Source: a plasmid
Direction: 5' to 3' (one strand)
DNA: 64,000 bases
Sequence record: NZ_CP069608.1
Shown: piece by piece, positions 52,607-62,516 of the stretch
Layout of the letters: the number at the start of each line of letters is the position of its first letter
How positions within the stretch are numbered: position 1 is the first letter of the stretch
The notes under the pieces: model-generated
The model's input: the letters and a program-made list of their open reading frames with translations, nothing else
Told to the model about the DNA's origin: nothing
Databases searched by the model: none
Translations under genes and position numbers: made by a program

Positions 52607-53460
52607 TGCAATTATCTCGTCAGTATAGCATTTACATTGCATTTCTAGTTAGTATTACAGGTTCCTTTTCTCTCTGTTTTTTCGCCTATCACCATAAAGG
52701 GGAAAGTTTTTGGGATGGTATGCTTATGTGTTGTAATAGTCATTCGTGGGAACAAGTATTCAAGGTATTGGTTATCTTACTAGCGGTCTTATGTATATTA
52801 TTTATCGTTTATTTTGTGGGAATTGTTCAAAAGACAAAACAATTTCTTTCTACCCTAATCCCTTATAAAGTGAGAGGATTTTTTTCTCAAGAGATAGAAA
52901 CATTTCAAAAAAAATATTCAATACAAATTCATATTATCAATGATAAACGACCTATAGCTTTTACCTATGGGTTTGTTTTTCCTCAAATTATTATAAGTAC
53001 AGGGCTCCTTCAATTGTTAGATTCAGATGAGATAGAAGCTGTTTTAGAACATGAATATTGTCACTATAAAAATAAGGATCCTTTTAAATTGTCATTATAT
53101 AAATGTTTAGCACGCCTATTCTTTTTCTTGCCCATAACTGAAAAAATATTGAAACGCTATGTCACTCAAAAAGAATTAGCTGCAGATGCTTTTGCAATTG
53201 AACAAGTTGGGCTAAAACCAGTTGCTTCAGCTCTATATAAATTAATGACATATTCTTCACCTCTATCTTTCTCAATAGCTCATTTTCAAAATAATGATCT
53301 CAAAGATGTTCGTATTGAATTTCTTTTGACAGGTACACATACCAGGGCTTCTCTGAGCAAAAAAGAATGGACAGTCTCGGTTCTACATCTTATTTTTATT
53401 ACGCTGATAGCAGGATGTGTGTCATATTTGTGGCAAAATATATCTTCTATGATTTTATAA
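52603..53460 (+). CDS. BlaR1/MecR1-like M56 zinc metalloprotease with no sensor domain
   Basis: Four TMs. HExxH (LEHEYCHY). 285 aa, versus about 585 aa for BlaR1, so there is no extracellular PBP-like domain. Confidence 0.75.
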   Translation: MMQLSRQYSIYIAFLVSITGSFSLCFFAYHHKGESFWDGMLMCCNSHSWEQVFKVLVILLAVLCILFIVYFVGIVQKTKQFLSTLIPYKVRGFFSQEIETFQKKYSIQIHIINDKRPIAFTYGFVFPQIIISTGLLQLLDSDEIEAVLEHEYCHYKNKDPFKLSLYKCLARLFFFLPITEKILKRYVTQKELAADAFAIEQVGLKPVASALYKLMTYSSPLSFSIAHFQNNDLKDVRIEFLLTGTHTRASLSKKEWTVSVLHLIFITLIAGCVSYLWQNISSMIL

Positions 53461-53527
53461 TTACTACATAATTGTAGTAATGCATTGACTCCACTTTCAC
53501 CATCTACTACAATTGTGTAGTAGATGG
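53461..53527 (+). promoter_or_regulatory. Promoter with two BlaI-type operators (TACTACA-N4-TGTAGTA)
   Basis: Operator 1 is TTACTACATAATTGTAGTAA (53461-53480). -35 TTGACT (53485-53490), a 17-nt spacer and -10 TACAAT (53508-53513). Operator 2 is CCATCTACTACAATTGTGTAGTAGATGG (53500-53527) and overlaps the -10. The TACA/TGTA dyads match the BlaI/MecI recognition core. Confidence 0.7.
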
Positions 53528-53577
53528 TGTGTTCTATAGACTCCATCTCTATTCCATGTAAGAAGGAGAGGAAAAAC

Positions 53578-53817
53578 ATGAAAATAAAAAAAACAGTTGC
53601 GGGTTTATCCTTTGTTGCCCTAATGGCAGTTGGAGGAACAGTTTTTGCAGCTAGTCCAGCAGATCATAAACCTATGAGTGAAAAAGATTGTATGGAAATG
53701 AGTAAGAAAGACTGTATGAAGATGATGAAAAATATGAGTGAAGAGGATTGTATGGAAATGATGAAAGGCATGAGTAAAAAAGATTGTATGAAAATGATGA
53801 AAGAGATGAAAAAATAA
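53578..53817 (+). CDS. Secreted 79-aa Met/Cys-rich tandem-repeat peptide
   Basis: GAAGGAG RBS. Signal peptide (…VFAASPA). Four repeats: EKDCMEMSK, KDCMKMMK, EEDCMEMMK and KKDCMKMMK. A terminator follows. Confidence 0.6.
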   Translation: MKIKKTVAGLSFVALMAVGGTVFAASPADHKPMSEKDCMEMSKKDCMKMMKNMSEEDCMEMMKGMSKKDCMKMMKEMKK

Positions 53818-53879
53818 AGCTTTAGTGTAAGAAACCTATTATATCTAATATTAAAGTTATCATACTACTAATCTAAGAC

Positions 53880-53915
53880 AAGAGAGCCAACTTTTAATGT
53901 TGGCTTTTTTATTTC
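53880..53915 (+). terminator. Rho-independent terminator after the repeat-peptide gene
   Basis: AGCCAAC TTTTAAT GTTGGCT followed by TTTTTTATTT. Confidence 0.6.
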
Positions 53916-54170
53916 ATGTTAAATAACTTCCAATGGCGAAATTTCAACCATATTGAGAGGCTTTTTAATACTGTCTTGGTGTCATTTAATGATACTTTAT
54001 CGAACATGGTTAGCATATGGATCATATACTTCTGTAAGCAATAAAATACTTACTGATAAAATTATTGTTCCTACTAATAACAACCCATTACTTACAATTT
54101 TGTTGTTCTTTTTACCTAAAAAGAGGCCAAAAGGTTTTATAAACTAATAAGAATACCAGGAATCAAAAAG

Positions 54171-54207
54171 AAAGGAGCCTGATTATAATGAATTCAGGCT
54201 CCTTTAA
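54171..54207. terminator. Terminator at the 3' end of the ars operon
   Basis: GGAGCCTGA…TCAGGCTCC hairpin flanked by A- and T-runs. Confidence 0.55.
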
Positions 54208-54492
54208 TTAACAACAGCTATTATCCATTCCTACTAATACAAAGCCTGACCCCTGAGGACTTTCTTGTACATCAAGCGTAAGACCTTCAGTTGAAGTTAA
54301 TACTGTGTTTTCAATCGCTACTTGAATACCGTTGATTTCTTGTACTGTATCATTTTCAGCTGGTACATCTAACGATAAACCTATTTGAGGACCACAACAT
54401 CCAGCACCTTCAGAATAGAAACGGATACCTTTTGCACCTTGTTTTGCGAATACGTCATCTAACATTTTTTTTGCTTCATTTGTGATATTCAT
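54208..54492 (-). CDS. HesB/IscA-fold small protein with two vicinal Cys pairs (ars operon accessory)
   Basis: IscA-like layout (GIRFYSEGAGCCGPQ…) but with GCCG and a C-terminal SCC in place of the canonical Cys ligands. Last gene of the ars transcription unit. Confidence 0.55.
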   Translation of the reverse strand: MNITNEAKKMLDDVFAKQGAKGIRFYSEGAGCCGPQIGLSLDVPAENDTVQEINGIQVAIENTVLTSTEGLTLDVQESPQGSGFVLVGMDNSCC

Positions 54493-54526
54493 GAAATCTC
54501 TCCCTCTCTTTACCTTTGTTTACGGT

Positions 54527-54955
54527 TTAAGCTTCTGGAAATAGACGTTGAAGTGAAGCTTTCATTTCTGGTTTTACGTTAATTTTAGCACGAGCTGCTT
54601 TGGCTTTCTCTTCTGCCTCTGCAATTGTATCTACTTCGCCTAGTGCTAGTAGTGTTCCAATTGCAACCGTACCTGTACGATTACTTCCTCCTGCACAATG
54701 GAAGTAAATCTTTTTTCCCTCTTCATACGATTTTACGACTTCATTAATTGCATTTTGAATAGACTCATCTTGGTTTTCTGCATCATCCACAATTGGTGTA
54801 TGAACGCGTACTTCTGGAGCATCGTGTTCTAATGCTTCTGCACGTAAGTCATAAATGACATCTGCTTTATCATTTTCCATCATTTCTTTTACATCGGATG
54901 CTCCACCGATGAAAATACGATCGTCAATTAATGCTTGATAATTCTTGTTGCTCAT
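54527..54955 (-). CDS. Dual-specificity/Tyr phosphatase-fold protein with CX5R P-loop (ars operon accessory)
   Basis: HCAGGSNRTG active-site loop. 142 aa. Confidence 0.65.
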   Translation of the reverse strand: MSNKNYQALIDDRIFIGGASDVKEMMENDKADVIYDLRAEALEHDAPEVRVHTPIVDDAENQDESIQNAINEVVKSYEEGKKIYFHCAGGSNRTGTVAIGTLLALGEVDTIAEAEEKAKAARAKINVKPEMKASLQRLFPEA

Positions 54956-55019
54956 TTTTTACACCTCTATAATTTATAATGTTTAGATTATCATTGAAAC
55001 GTACTATCTTCTATGTTTA

Positions 55020-56795
55020 CTATTGTTGACTATATTCTTTTACCTTCTCATAACCAATTTTCTCTTCTGGTTGCCATGGAATAATCGCACAATTAGAAGT
55101 TAGTTCTTCACTTACTTTTTTAATCCATGCTGCTTCAGCTTGAGCTCTTCCTTTTAAGACAGGATCTACTGTGTCAGTCGCATATAAACTCTGATTAACC
55201 ACCCACCATTTCGGGGTAATTTCAGCTCTTTTCAAGTCTACTTGAAGACGACTTGCTTCTAATACAGGTGTAGCCTCAGCAAGTGTAACAATAACCACAC
55301 TGGTTTCTTTTGGGTTACGTAAGCGTGGTAATAGTTTTTTGACGCTTTCAGGAACTTCACCGGTTGAACGTTCTAATTCCTTATGATAAGACTGTGTAGC
55401 ATCAAGTAAGAGCAACGTATGACCTGTTGGTGCTGTATCAATGACCACAATTTCATCATCTGATTTAGCTACAACATCGGCAAATGCACGAAATACAGCA
55501 ATTTCTTCCGTACATGGAGAATTCAAATCTTCTTGAATGTACGCAATTCCATCTTCATCAAGTTCCTCACTTGCCTTTGACAATACTTCGTTTTTATAAG
55601 CTTCTACTTCAGCCTTAGGATCAATTCGACTAATACTCAATAGCTCCTGGGCTTCACTGTTACTAAAGACAAAATCTAAATGTGCCGCAGGATCTGTCGT
55701 CGTTAAATGAACACGATGACCTTTTTCAACTAGTCCTACTGCAATCGCAGATGCTACCGTTGTTTTCCCAACGCCACCTTTACCCATCGTAAAAATGACT
55801 TTGGTTCCATTTGAAGAGAAATCTTCTACCACATTTTTAAATACAGAAAGATTTTGTTGAGACAAGTCTACATCTTTTATTTCTGTTGCTGGTAACGTAT
55901 ACGATTTAAATAAATGGCGAAGAGGAGAAATTCCTGTTAAAGGATAAGATACGTAAGGTACTGAATACATAACCATTTGTTTTAGTTCTTTAGGCATTCT
56001 CTTTAAGGCCTCTTGTTGTCGATTATAGAAAGCCGTTGAAATTTTATCCTCTTTTACATGTTGCTTCATTAAGCCATTTACAAGTAAGTTTTGATTTGAA
56101 ATACCAATCTCTTTTAATTCCTTTGAAGCTCGATTCGCTTCTTCTAGGGAAGAAACATCAGGACGTGCTACTAACATTAGAGTTGTTTGCTCTGGGTTTG
56201 ATAAAGCCTCTACCGTTTTAGCGTACAAACCTTTCTTTTCGTCTAGTCCTGATAAAGGCCCTAAACAAGAAGCTCCGTGTGTGCTTTCCTCCAAAAAACC
56301 TGTCCAGGCAGTTGGCAACTGTAATAAACGTAGGGTATGCCCTGTTGGGGCTGTATCAAACAGAATGTAATCAAATTGATTAACCATCTCTTCATTTGCT
56401 AATAAGTTCGTGAATTCATCAAATGCAGCAATCTCTACTGTACAAGCTCCAGACAATTGTTCCTCCATAGTAGAAACAACAGAATCAGGAAGCTTTCCAC
56501 GATAAGGTCCTACTACTTTGTCACGGTATGTTTTTGCTGCTTCTTCAGGATCTAAGTTACAAGCGTATAGATTCCTTACATTTGGTATTTCAATTGGTTC
56601 GTTTGTCAGTTCCACTTCGAATACGTCTTGTAAATTTGAAGCAGGATCTGTACTGACAATAAGTACTTTGTTGCCTTTATCTGCTAGTGATACAGCTACT
56701 GCACATGCTGTCGATGTTTTTCCAACACCACCTTTACCTGTGAAGAATAAGAAAGGTGTCTGAACAATTTTTTCGGGTTGAAAAGGTTGAAACAT
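55020..56795 (-). CDS. arsA: Arsenite-stimulated ATPase ArsA (two-domain)
   Basis: Two GKGGVGKT P-loops and two DTAPTGHTL signature sequences. 591 aa. Confidence 0.9.
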   Translation of the reverse strand: MFQPFQPEKIVQTPFLFFTGKGGVGKTSTACAVAVSLADKGNKVLIVSTDPASNLQDVFEVELTNEPIEIPNVRNLYACNLDPEEAAKTYRDKVVGPYRGKLPDSVVSTMEEQLSGACTVEIAAFDEFTNLLANEEMVNQFDYILFDTAPTGHTLRLLQLPTAWTGFLEESTHGASCLGPLSGLDEKKGLYAKTVEALSNPEQTTLMLVARPDVSSLEEANRASKELKEIGISNQNLLVNGLMKQHVKEDKISTAFYNRQQEALKRMPKELKQMVMYSVPYVSYPLTGISPLRHLFKSYTLPATEIKDVDLSQQNLSVFKNVVEDFSSNGTKVIFTMGKGGVGKTTVASAIAVGLVEKGHRVHLTTTDPAAHLDFVFSNSEAQELLSISRIDPKAEVEAYKNEVLSKASEELDEDGIAYIQEDLNSPCTEEIAVFRAFADVVAKSDDEIVVIDTAPTGHTLLLLDATQSYHKELERSTGEVPESVKKLLPRLRNPKETSVVIVTLAEATPVLEASRLQVDLKRAEITPKWWVVNQSLYATDTVDPVLKGRAQAEAAWIKKVSEELTSNCAIIPWQPEEKIGYEKVKEYSQQ

Positions 56796-56808
56796 CTCTT
56801 TTGCCTCC

Positions 56809-57177
56809 CTATTTCAGATTGTTTATATTTAATTTAATTGGCGTGCGTGGCTTTTCGCCAATTAACTCCTCTGCTTTAACATCGAACCATTTAGCCAACT
56901 CTTCATTAGTAGGATAGCTCCCTACTTTTTCAACTACTCCATTCACTAGTACCACTGGTAATGCATCAGGGCCTTTGCTCATAAGAATTTTGTTTACTTC
57001 TGCTTGATCAACAAACTTATCCGGCTCGCTGGTTAAGTTATAACGTGTAATATCAAAGCCTTTCTTTTTCAAAGCAAATACAGCAGAAGCTACTCTCGTT
57101 AGCTCTGGATCTACACTTGGACCACAAACACCTGTTGAACAACACATAGCAGGATCAAAAATCTCTACTTTCTTCAT
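56809..57177 (-). CDS. arsD: Arsenic metallochaperone/repressor ArsD
   Basis: FDPAMCCSTGVCG N-terminal motif. Start refined to MKKVEIF after a GGGGA RBS. Confidence 0.85.
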   Translation of the reverse strand: MKKVEIFDPAMCCSTGVCGPSVDPELTRVASAVFALKKKGFDITRYNLTSEPDKFVDQAEVNKILMSKGPDALPVVLVNGVVEKVGSYPTNEELAKWFDVKAEELIGEKPRTPIKLNINNLK

Positions 57178-57294
57178 ATTGTCATCCCCTTTTAGTAAAA
57201 TACAATACCTTAACAACAACTTATAATAATATACTTATATAAAGGGTAAAGAGTAAGCCGAGAGTTATTTTCCCGGCTTATTTGATTTTTATTA

Positions 57295-57717
57295 TTACTT
57301 ACCTGTTTCAGCGAAACGGTTAATGCGCTCACCGATTTCATCACGTACACGTTGGAAGAATGCCCACTTTTCTTCATCTGTTCCTTCTGCTTTTGCTGGG
57401 TCATCAAAGCCCCAGTGTTCACGTTTCACATGAGGTGGTGTCATTGGACATTTATCAGCTGCATCTCCACATAATGTAACAACTAAATCTGCATTATTTA
57501 AGATTTCAGGATCGATAATATCTGATGTTTGATTCGAAATATCAATACCAGCTTCTTTCATTGCTTTTACAGCATTCGGGTTTAAACCATGTGCTTCAAT
57601 CCCTGCACTATATACATTCCACTCATCACTATTTAAATGTTTTTTTGCCCAACCTTCTGCCATTTGACTACGGCAAGAGTTACCTGTACATAAGAAATAA
57701 AGTGTTTTTTTAGACAT
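57295..57717 (-). CDS. arsC: Thioredoxin-coupled arsenate reductase ArsC (LMW-PTP fold)
   Basis: [15 protein letters not shown]-loop with C10, C82 and C89 equivalents. Confidence 0.9.
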   Translation of the reverse strand: MSKKTLYFLCTGNSCRSQMAEGWAKKHLNSDEWNVYSAGIEAHGLNPNAVKAMKEAGIDISNQTSDIIDPEILNNADLVVTLCGDAADKCPMTPPHVKREHWGFDDPAKAEGTDEEKWAFFQRVRDEIGERINRFAETGK

Positions 57718-57741
57718 GTGTAAAATCTCCTTTATGATGTG

Positions 57742-59040
57742 TTATGAAATAATTAGTAACCAAATATATAAACCAACAAGCGTAATAAACAATGTTGGGA
57801 TGGTTAAGATAATACCTGTTTTAAAGTACGTTCCCCATGAAATTTTCACACCTTTGGTTGACAGAACATGAAGCCATAAAAGCGTCGCAAGAGAACCGAT
57901 TGGTGTAATCTTTGGACCTAAATCTGATCCAATAACATTTGCGTAAATAAGTGCTTCTTTAATCGTTCCTGTTGCATGTGTCGCATCAATCGCAAGGGCA
58001 TCAATCATAACAGTTGGCATATTATTCATAATTGATGAAAGAATAGCTGCGATGAATCCCATACCGATAGTGGCTGCAAATAATCCATGATCGGCTGTTG
58101 CTCGAATAACATCGGCTAGTACTTCTGTTAGACCAACATTACGTAGGCCATAAACGACTACATACATACCAATAGAGAAGAAAACGATAGCCCAAGGCGC
58201 GCCTTTTAATACTGTTTTCGTTTCCACTGCTGGACTTTGTCTTGCTAATCCTAAGAAGAAAATAGCAATAATTCCTGCAATAATGGAAACTGGAATATCA
58301 AAGAATTCACCTACAAAATAGCCAAGGACTAAAACAATTAGTACAATTCCTGACAACTTGAACATTTTTTCATCTTTAATTGCCTCAACTGGTTTTGGTA
58401 GATCAGCTACATTGTACTTTTTTGGAATACTTTTTCGGAAATATAGATACAAGACGACTATACTTGCGAAAAGTGCGAATAAATCTGGAACAATCATGCG
58501 TGAAGCAAATTCAGAAAATCGAATACCAAAGAAGTCAGCTGATACGATATTTACTAAGTTACTTACCACAAGTGGTAACGACGTTGTATCCGCAATAAAT
58601 CCACTTGCAATAATAAATGGAAAGACCATTTTATCTTCAAATTTTAACGCTCGTACCATTGCAAGTACGATAGGTGTTAAAATTAAGGCTGCCCCATCAT
58701 TGGCAAATAAGGCTGCCACAACGGCTCCAAGTAGCGAAACATATACAAACATACGAACACCATTGCCACCTGCAGCTCTTGCCATATGCAACGCTGCCCA
58801 TTCAAAGAAACCAATTTCGTCTAAAATTAAGGAAATAATAATAACTGCGATAAATGTGAGGGTCGCATTCCATACAATGCCTGTTACATCCAGAACATCG
58901 TGGAAATCAACGACTCCTGCTAATAAAGCAAGAACTGCTCCTCCACAGGCTGACCAACCGATAGATAAGTTTTTCGGCTGCCAAATAACAAAAACTAATG
59001 TCACTAAAAAGATCAGTGATGCTAGGACAACTGATGTCAA
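57742..59040 (-). CDS. arsB: Arsenite efflux permease ArsB
   Basis: Twelve TMs. Long colinear similarity to E. coli ArsB (VIWQPK…GWSA…GAVLAL…[12 protein letters not shown]…). Confidence 0.9.
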   Translation of the reverse strand: MTSVVLASLIFLVTLVFVIWQPKNLSIGWSACGGAVLALLAGVVDFHDVLDVTGIVWNATLTFIAVIIISLILDEIGFFEWAALHMARAAGGNGVRMFVYVSLLGAVVAALFANDGAALILTPIVLAMVRALKFEDKMVFPFIIASGFIADTTSLPLVVSNLVNIVSADFFGIRFSEFASRMIVPDLFALFASIVVLYLYFRKSIPKKYNVADLPKPVEAIKDEKMFKLSGIVLIVLVLGYFVGEFFDIPVSIIAGIIAIFFLGLARQSPAVETKTVLKGAPWAIVFFSIGMYVVVYGLRNVGLTEVLADVIRATADHGLFAATIGMGFIAAILSSIMNNMPTVMIDALAIDATHATGTIKEALIYANVIGSDLGPKITPIGSLATLLWLHVLSTKGVKISWGTYFKTGIILTIPTLFITLVGLYIWLLIIS

Positions 59041-59055
59041 TTTTTAAACCTCCAA

Positions 59056-59406
59056 TTACTCACAACAACTAATACGTAGTCCTTGTTTTTCTAACTCTTT
59101 TAAGCGTTCATCTTGACTTGGTACTGATTCAAGTATGCTAAGAACAAACTCATAATACTTACTTTCTTTGTTAAGGGAATAAAAGATCCATTGTCCTTTT
59201 CGTCTTTCCTTAACTAGTTCCACATCTTTTAATTTTCTTAAATGCTGACTAATTGCCGGCTGGCTAGCTTGATAAATGTCAACAAACTCACAGACACAAC
59301 ATTCATTGTTCTCAATTAACTTCATCATAGAAAGCCTAGTCTTATCGCCTAGTAGCTTTAAAATCTGAGCTGCTTTTTCAACTTCAACTATAGTTTTTAC
59401 ACTCAT
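59056..59406 (-). CDS. arsR: ArsR/SmtB-family As(III)-responsive repressor
   Basis: CCVCEF metal-binding motif preceding the HTH (QPAISQHLRKL). Confidence 0.85.
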   Translation of the reverse strand: MSVKTIVEVEKAAQILKLLGDKTRLSMMKLIENNECCVCEFVDIYQASQPAISQHLRKLKDVELVKERRKGQWIFYSLNKESKYYEFVLSILESVPSQDERLKELEKQGLRISCCE

Positions 59407-59622
59407 TCATCGACACCTCCTGATACGTTAAATACATATATAATAATTTGCTTATGTGTTTATGTTATTAATATAATCGTTTTCTTATATATTTTCAACC
59501 GTTTTGTTTAAATAAATTTGAAAAAACAAATCTATTTTATAACTACATCATAAGATGCCTATATTTTGTTTTTATTATGTAAGTAGCACCTTATAAAAAA
59601 GCCTGGATATATGAATGTATAA

Positions 59623-59661
59623 AAAACAGGAATCGGAAAGAATCCCTCCGATTCCTTTATT
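59623..59661 (-). terminator. Terminator after acr3, separating it from arsR
   Basis: AGGAATCGGA…TCCGATTCCT with a T-run on the minus strand. Confidence 0.6.
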
Positions 59662-59667
59662 TATTAT

Positions 59668-60723
59668 CTATCTTTCTTGAGGTTGAAAATATCTCTTTTT
59701 TAACCAAAACGCTGCATTTACAAGGGCAATGAGTGCCGGAACTTCTACAAGAGGTCCAATTACAGCTGCAAATGCGGCTCCTGAATTAATCCCAAATACC
59801 CCAACTGCTACAGCAATGGCCAACTCAAAGTTATTGCCTGACGCAGTAAACGAAAGAGAAGTTGTAACAGAATAACTTGCTCCTGCCCTTTTTCCTAAAT
59901 AAAAAGAAACAAAAAACATCAAGACAAAGTAAATCAAAAGTGGAATAGCAATACGTACAACATCAAGAGGTAATTGAATAATCATATCTCCTTTTAACGA
60001 AAACATAACAATAATCGTAAATAGGAGTGCAATAAGAGTCAAAGGACTAATTTTAGGTACGAGTACACGTTCATACCATTCTTTCCCTTTGATGCCGATA
60101 AAGATAAATCGAGTCAATATACCAGCTAAAAAAGGGATTCCCAAGTAAATGAGAACACTCTTTGCAATCTCACCCATCGTAATATCAATCACAAAGCTTT
60201 CAAGTCCCAACCATTTTGGAATAAGCGTAACGAACAAATACGCATAAACAGAGTAGAAAAAGACTTGAAAAATGGAATTAAGAGCGACTAAACCAGCAGC
60301 ATATTCGCGATCCCCTTTCGCAAGGTCATTCCATACAATAACCATGGCGATACAACGTGCTAGTCCAATTAAAATCAAACCAATCATGTACTCTGGTACA
60401 TCTCTAAGAAAGACAATCGCAAGTAGAAACATGAGAATAGGGCCAATAATCCAGTTTTGCAAAAGTGAAATTCCTAATACTTTTTTGTCTTTAAACACAT
60501 GTCCCATATTTTCGTATCGTACTTTTGCTAATGGTGGGTACATCATCAAAATTAATCCGATTGCTAAAGGAATGGATGTTGTACCTACCTGAAAGTGATT
60601 CAGTCCATCTACGAAGCTGGGAAAAACATAACCTAAACCAATTCCTATAAACATAGCTACAAAAATCCATACAGTTAAATACCGATCTAAAAATGACAGT
60701 TGTTTACTCAATTGTTGATTCAT
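59668..60723 (-). CDS. acr3: ACR3-family arsenite efflux transporter (start uncertain: 60723 or 60780)
   Basis: [14 protein letters not shown]-terminal motif and ten TMs characteristic of ACR3. Distinct from ArsB. Confidence 0.85.
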   Translation of the reverse strand: MNQQLSKQLSFLDRYLTVWIFVAMFIGIGLGYVFPSFVDGLNHFQVGTTSIPLAIGLILMMYPPLAKVRYENMGHVFKDKKVLGISLLQNWIIGPILMFLLAIVFLRDVPEYMIGLILIGLARCIAMVIVWNDLAKGDREYAAGLVALNSIFQVFFYSVYAYLFVTLIPKWLGLESFVIDITMGEIAKSVLIYLGIPFLAGILTRFIFIGIKGKEWYERVLVPKISPLTLIALLFTIIVMFSLKGDMIIQLPLDVVRIAIPLLIYFVLMFFVSFYLGKRAGASYSVTTSLSFTASGNNFELAIAVAVGVFGINSGAAFAAVIGPLVEVPALIALVNAAFWLKKRYFQPQER

Positions 60724-60974
60724 TCCTTGCTCCAACTCCTTTTCAATTTTAGATCCACAGCCTCTACAACCTCCTTTCATTGTTGTACAATCATATAGTT
60801 ATTCACTTATATATTGAGAAATGTATCTATTTATGAATTTTTAAAAATAAACTATACAATTAGATAGCTGCTATATGATCCTTACTAAAAAATCCAACGT
60901 GAAAAAGCCACTTCCTTTCTGTAAAGAAGTAGCTTTCATTCGTTATATAAATAAGACTTTTTTGGACTTTACAC

Positions 60975-62216
60975 TCACATGGATCTGCTGAAAATTTGTT
61001 TTTTTTCTAGGTGAATCTTTGTCCATCCAATAGCTAATACACCAAAAATGACTGATCCTCCCCAATATAGATAAGCGAAGCCATTCTGAATTTCAATCAG
61101 CATGTAACTAATAAAGGGACCGAGTGCGGCTCCTATATCTTGAGCGATAGAATAGACCGTAAGAAAGGATATAATATTCGATGTTTTTGCTATATCAGAT
61201 GCTAAAGCATCCGTAAGAGTTGTAATAGATGTAGCTCCTATCATGACGATCAGCATAATAACAACCCAAATGATTAGTGGTATATCACTAGCAATCATCC
61301 CAAACGCGAAACTACTAACAATAAGCGAAAGGATATAAAGAGGAATTCTTCCAGATGGTCCATCTGACCAATGTCCAAAGAGACTACCGAAGAAGGGTTC
61401 CCAGGCCCAACGAACAGCCTGTAATAGCCCTGAAAAGAACGTAACACTAATAATCAATCCGAATAATGTGATTTTCTCCCCATATGAATGCTCAAGAATA
61501 GCACTAACAGTCGATGTTAAAACCCCTTGAATTAACATCGTAATCAGAAATCCACTAATAATAATAATGATTTTATGTTTTAAGATCTTATGTATGGAAA
61601 CATTGGTATTAGCTCTTTGAACAGCCTCAGTCTGTTGATTAGATTTAACTCGAAGAGAATAAAAAACTAAAGGTAGCCCTATAAAAGATAGACACCCAAA
61701 AAGGATAGAAACAAATTGCAATCCTACTATAGGTACTAGAATTCCCCCAAGTAACATACCAAATAGGCTTCCTGTGCGATATAGACCGTTATATAGCCCC
61801 ATTGCTTTTCCACGAGTGGAGTCATTTGAATAATAGACAACTGTCGATAATCCTCCGATTCGAAAGAAAGACCAAGCAATTCCCCATAGCCCTCGTAGAA
61901 TAATCCAAGCAATAAACCCTTTAGCCATCCCATATCCTAACGTTGTCACGCTTCCAAGTACAACTGCAATAATAAGGCCTGTCCGTAAAGATATTTTCTG
62001 GTATAACCATCCTATGAAAGGATTGAAAGGCAAACGAATAAATCGATTAACGGATAAAAGGATACCAACCTGCCAAAGGGAGTCAAGCCCTGCCACTTTC
62101 CAATAAACAGGTAATACAATATAGAGCATGGAGTCACCTAGAAGACTAAGTGCCGTTATAATAGCAACAAGAACAATCACGTTTGACGAAGAAGATTTAG
62201 ATCTTGCAGTAAACAT
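60975..62216 (-). CDS. MFS transporter (12 TM)
   Basis: MFS fold with R/K-rich loop 2-3 motifs. Sits between acr3 and the flavoprotein on the same strand. Could be an ArsK/ArsJ-like organoarsenical exporter, but this is unproven. Confidence 0.7.
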   Translation of the reverse strand: MFTARSKSSSSNVIVLVAIITALSLLGDSMLYIVLPVYWKVAGLDSLWQVGILLSVNRFIRLPFNPFIGWLYQKISLRTGLIIAVVLGSVTTLGYGMAKGFIAWIILRGLWGIAWSFFRIGGLSTVVYYSNDSTRGKAMGLYNGLYRTGSLFGMLLGGILVPIVGLQFVSILFGCLSFIGLPLVFYSLRVKSNQQTEAVQRANTNVSIHKILKHKIIIIISGFLITMLIQGVLTSTVSAILEHSYGEKITLFGLIISVTFFSGLLQAVRWAWEPFFGSLFGHWSDGPSGRIPLYILSLIVSSFAFGMIASDIPLIIWVVIMLIVMIGATSITTLTDALASDIAKTSNIISFLTVYSIAQDIGAALGPFISYMLIEIQNGFAYLYWGGSVIFGVLAIGWTKIHLEKKQIFSRSM

Positions 62217-62244
62217 ACAATTACCACCTTCTTTAAGAAAAAGC

Positions 62245-62451
62245 TTATTTTTTTTGATGTTTTAGTTCATCGTAAGCTAGAAGAAAATTTTGATATGTTA
62301 TATGTCCCATGCTATCACATTGTGATCCAAATAATCGCTGAAAAGTTAGTTCCCTTGCCTGTTCAGCTGTATATTCATATGCGTTCATAAACAGTTTCAT
62401 GTAGGATACAAAATACTCCTTACTCAACCTTCCTGAATGATTAATTGTCAT
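62245..62451 (-). CDS. Small hypothetical protein (68 aa)
   Basis: ORF only. No family recognised. Confidence 0.3.
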   Translation of the reverse strand: MTINHSGRLSKEYFVSYMKLFMNAYEYTAEQARELTFQRLFGSQCDSMGHITYQNFLLAYDELKHQKK

Positions 62452-62516
62452 TCTTATGTCCTCCTTTATATAAAAAGGGAGTAAGCAAAATGATTACTCC
62501 CTTTCTAAAACACTAT

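Noticed and set aside
58358-59047. 229-aa + strand ORF
   Set aside because: Antisense to arsB. Low-complexity Ala/Ser/Thr-rich translation typical of the reverse strand of a membrane protein gene.
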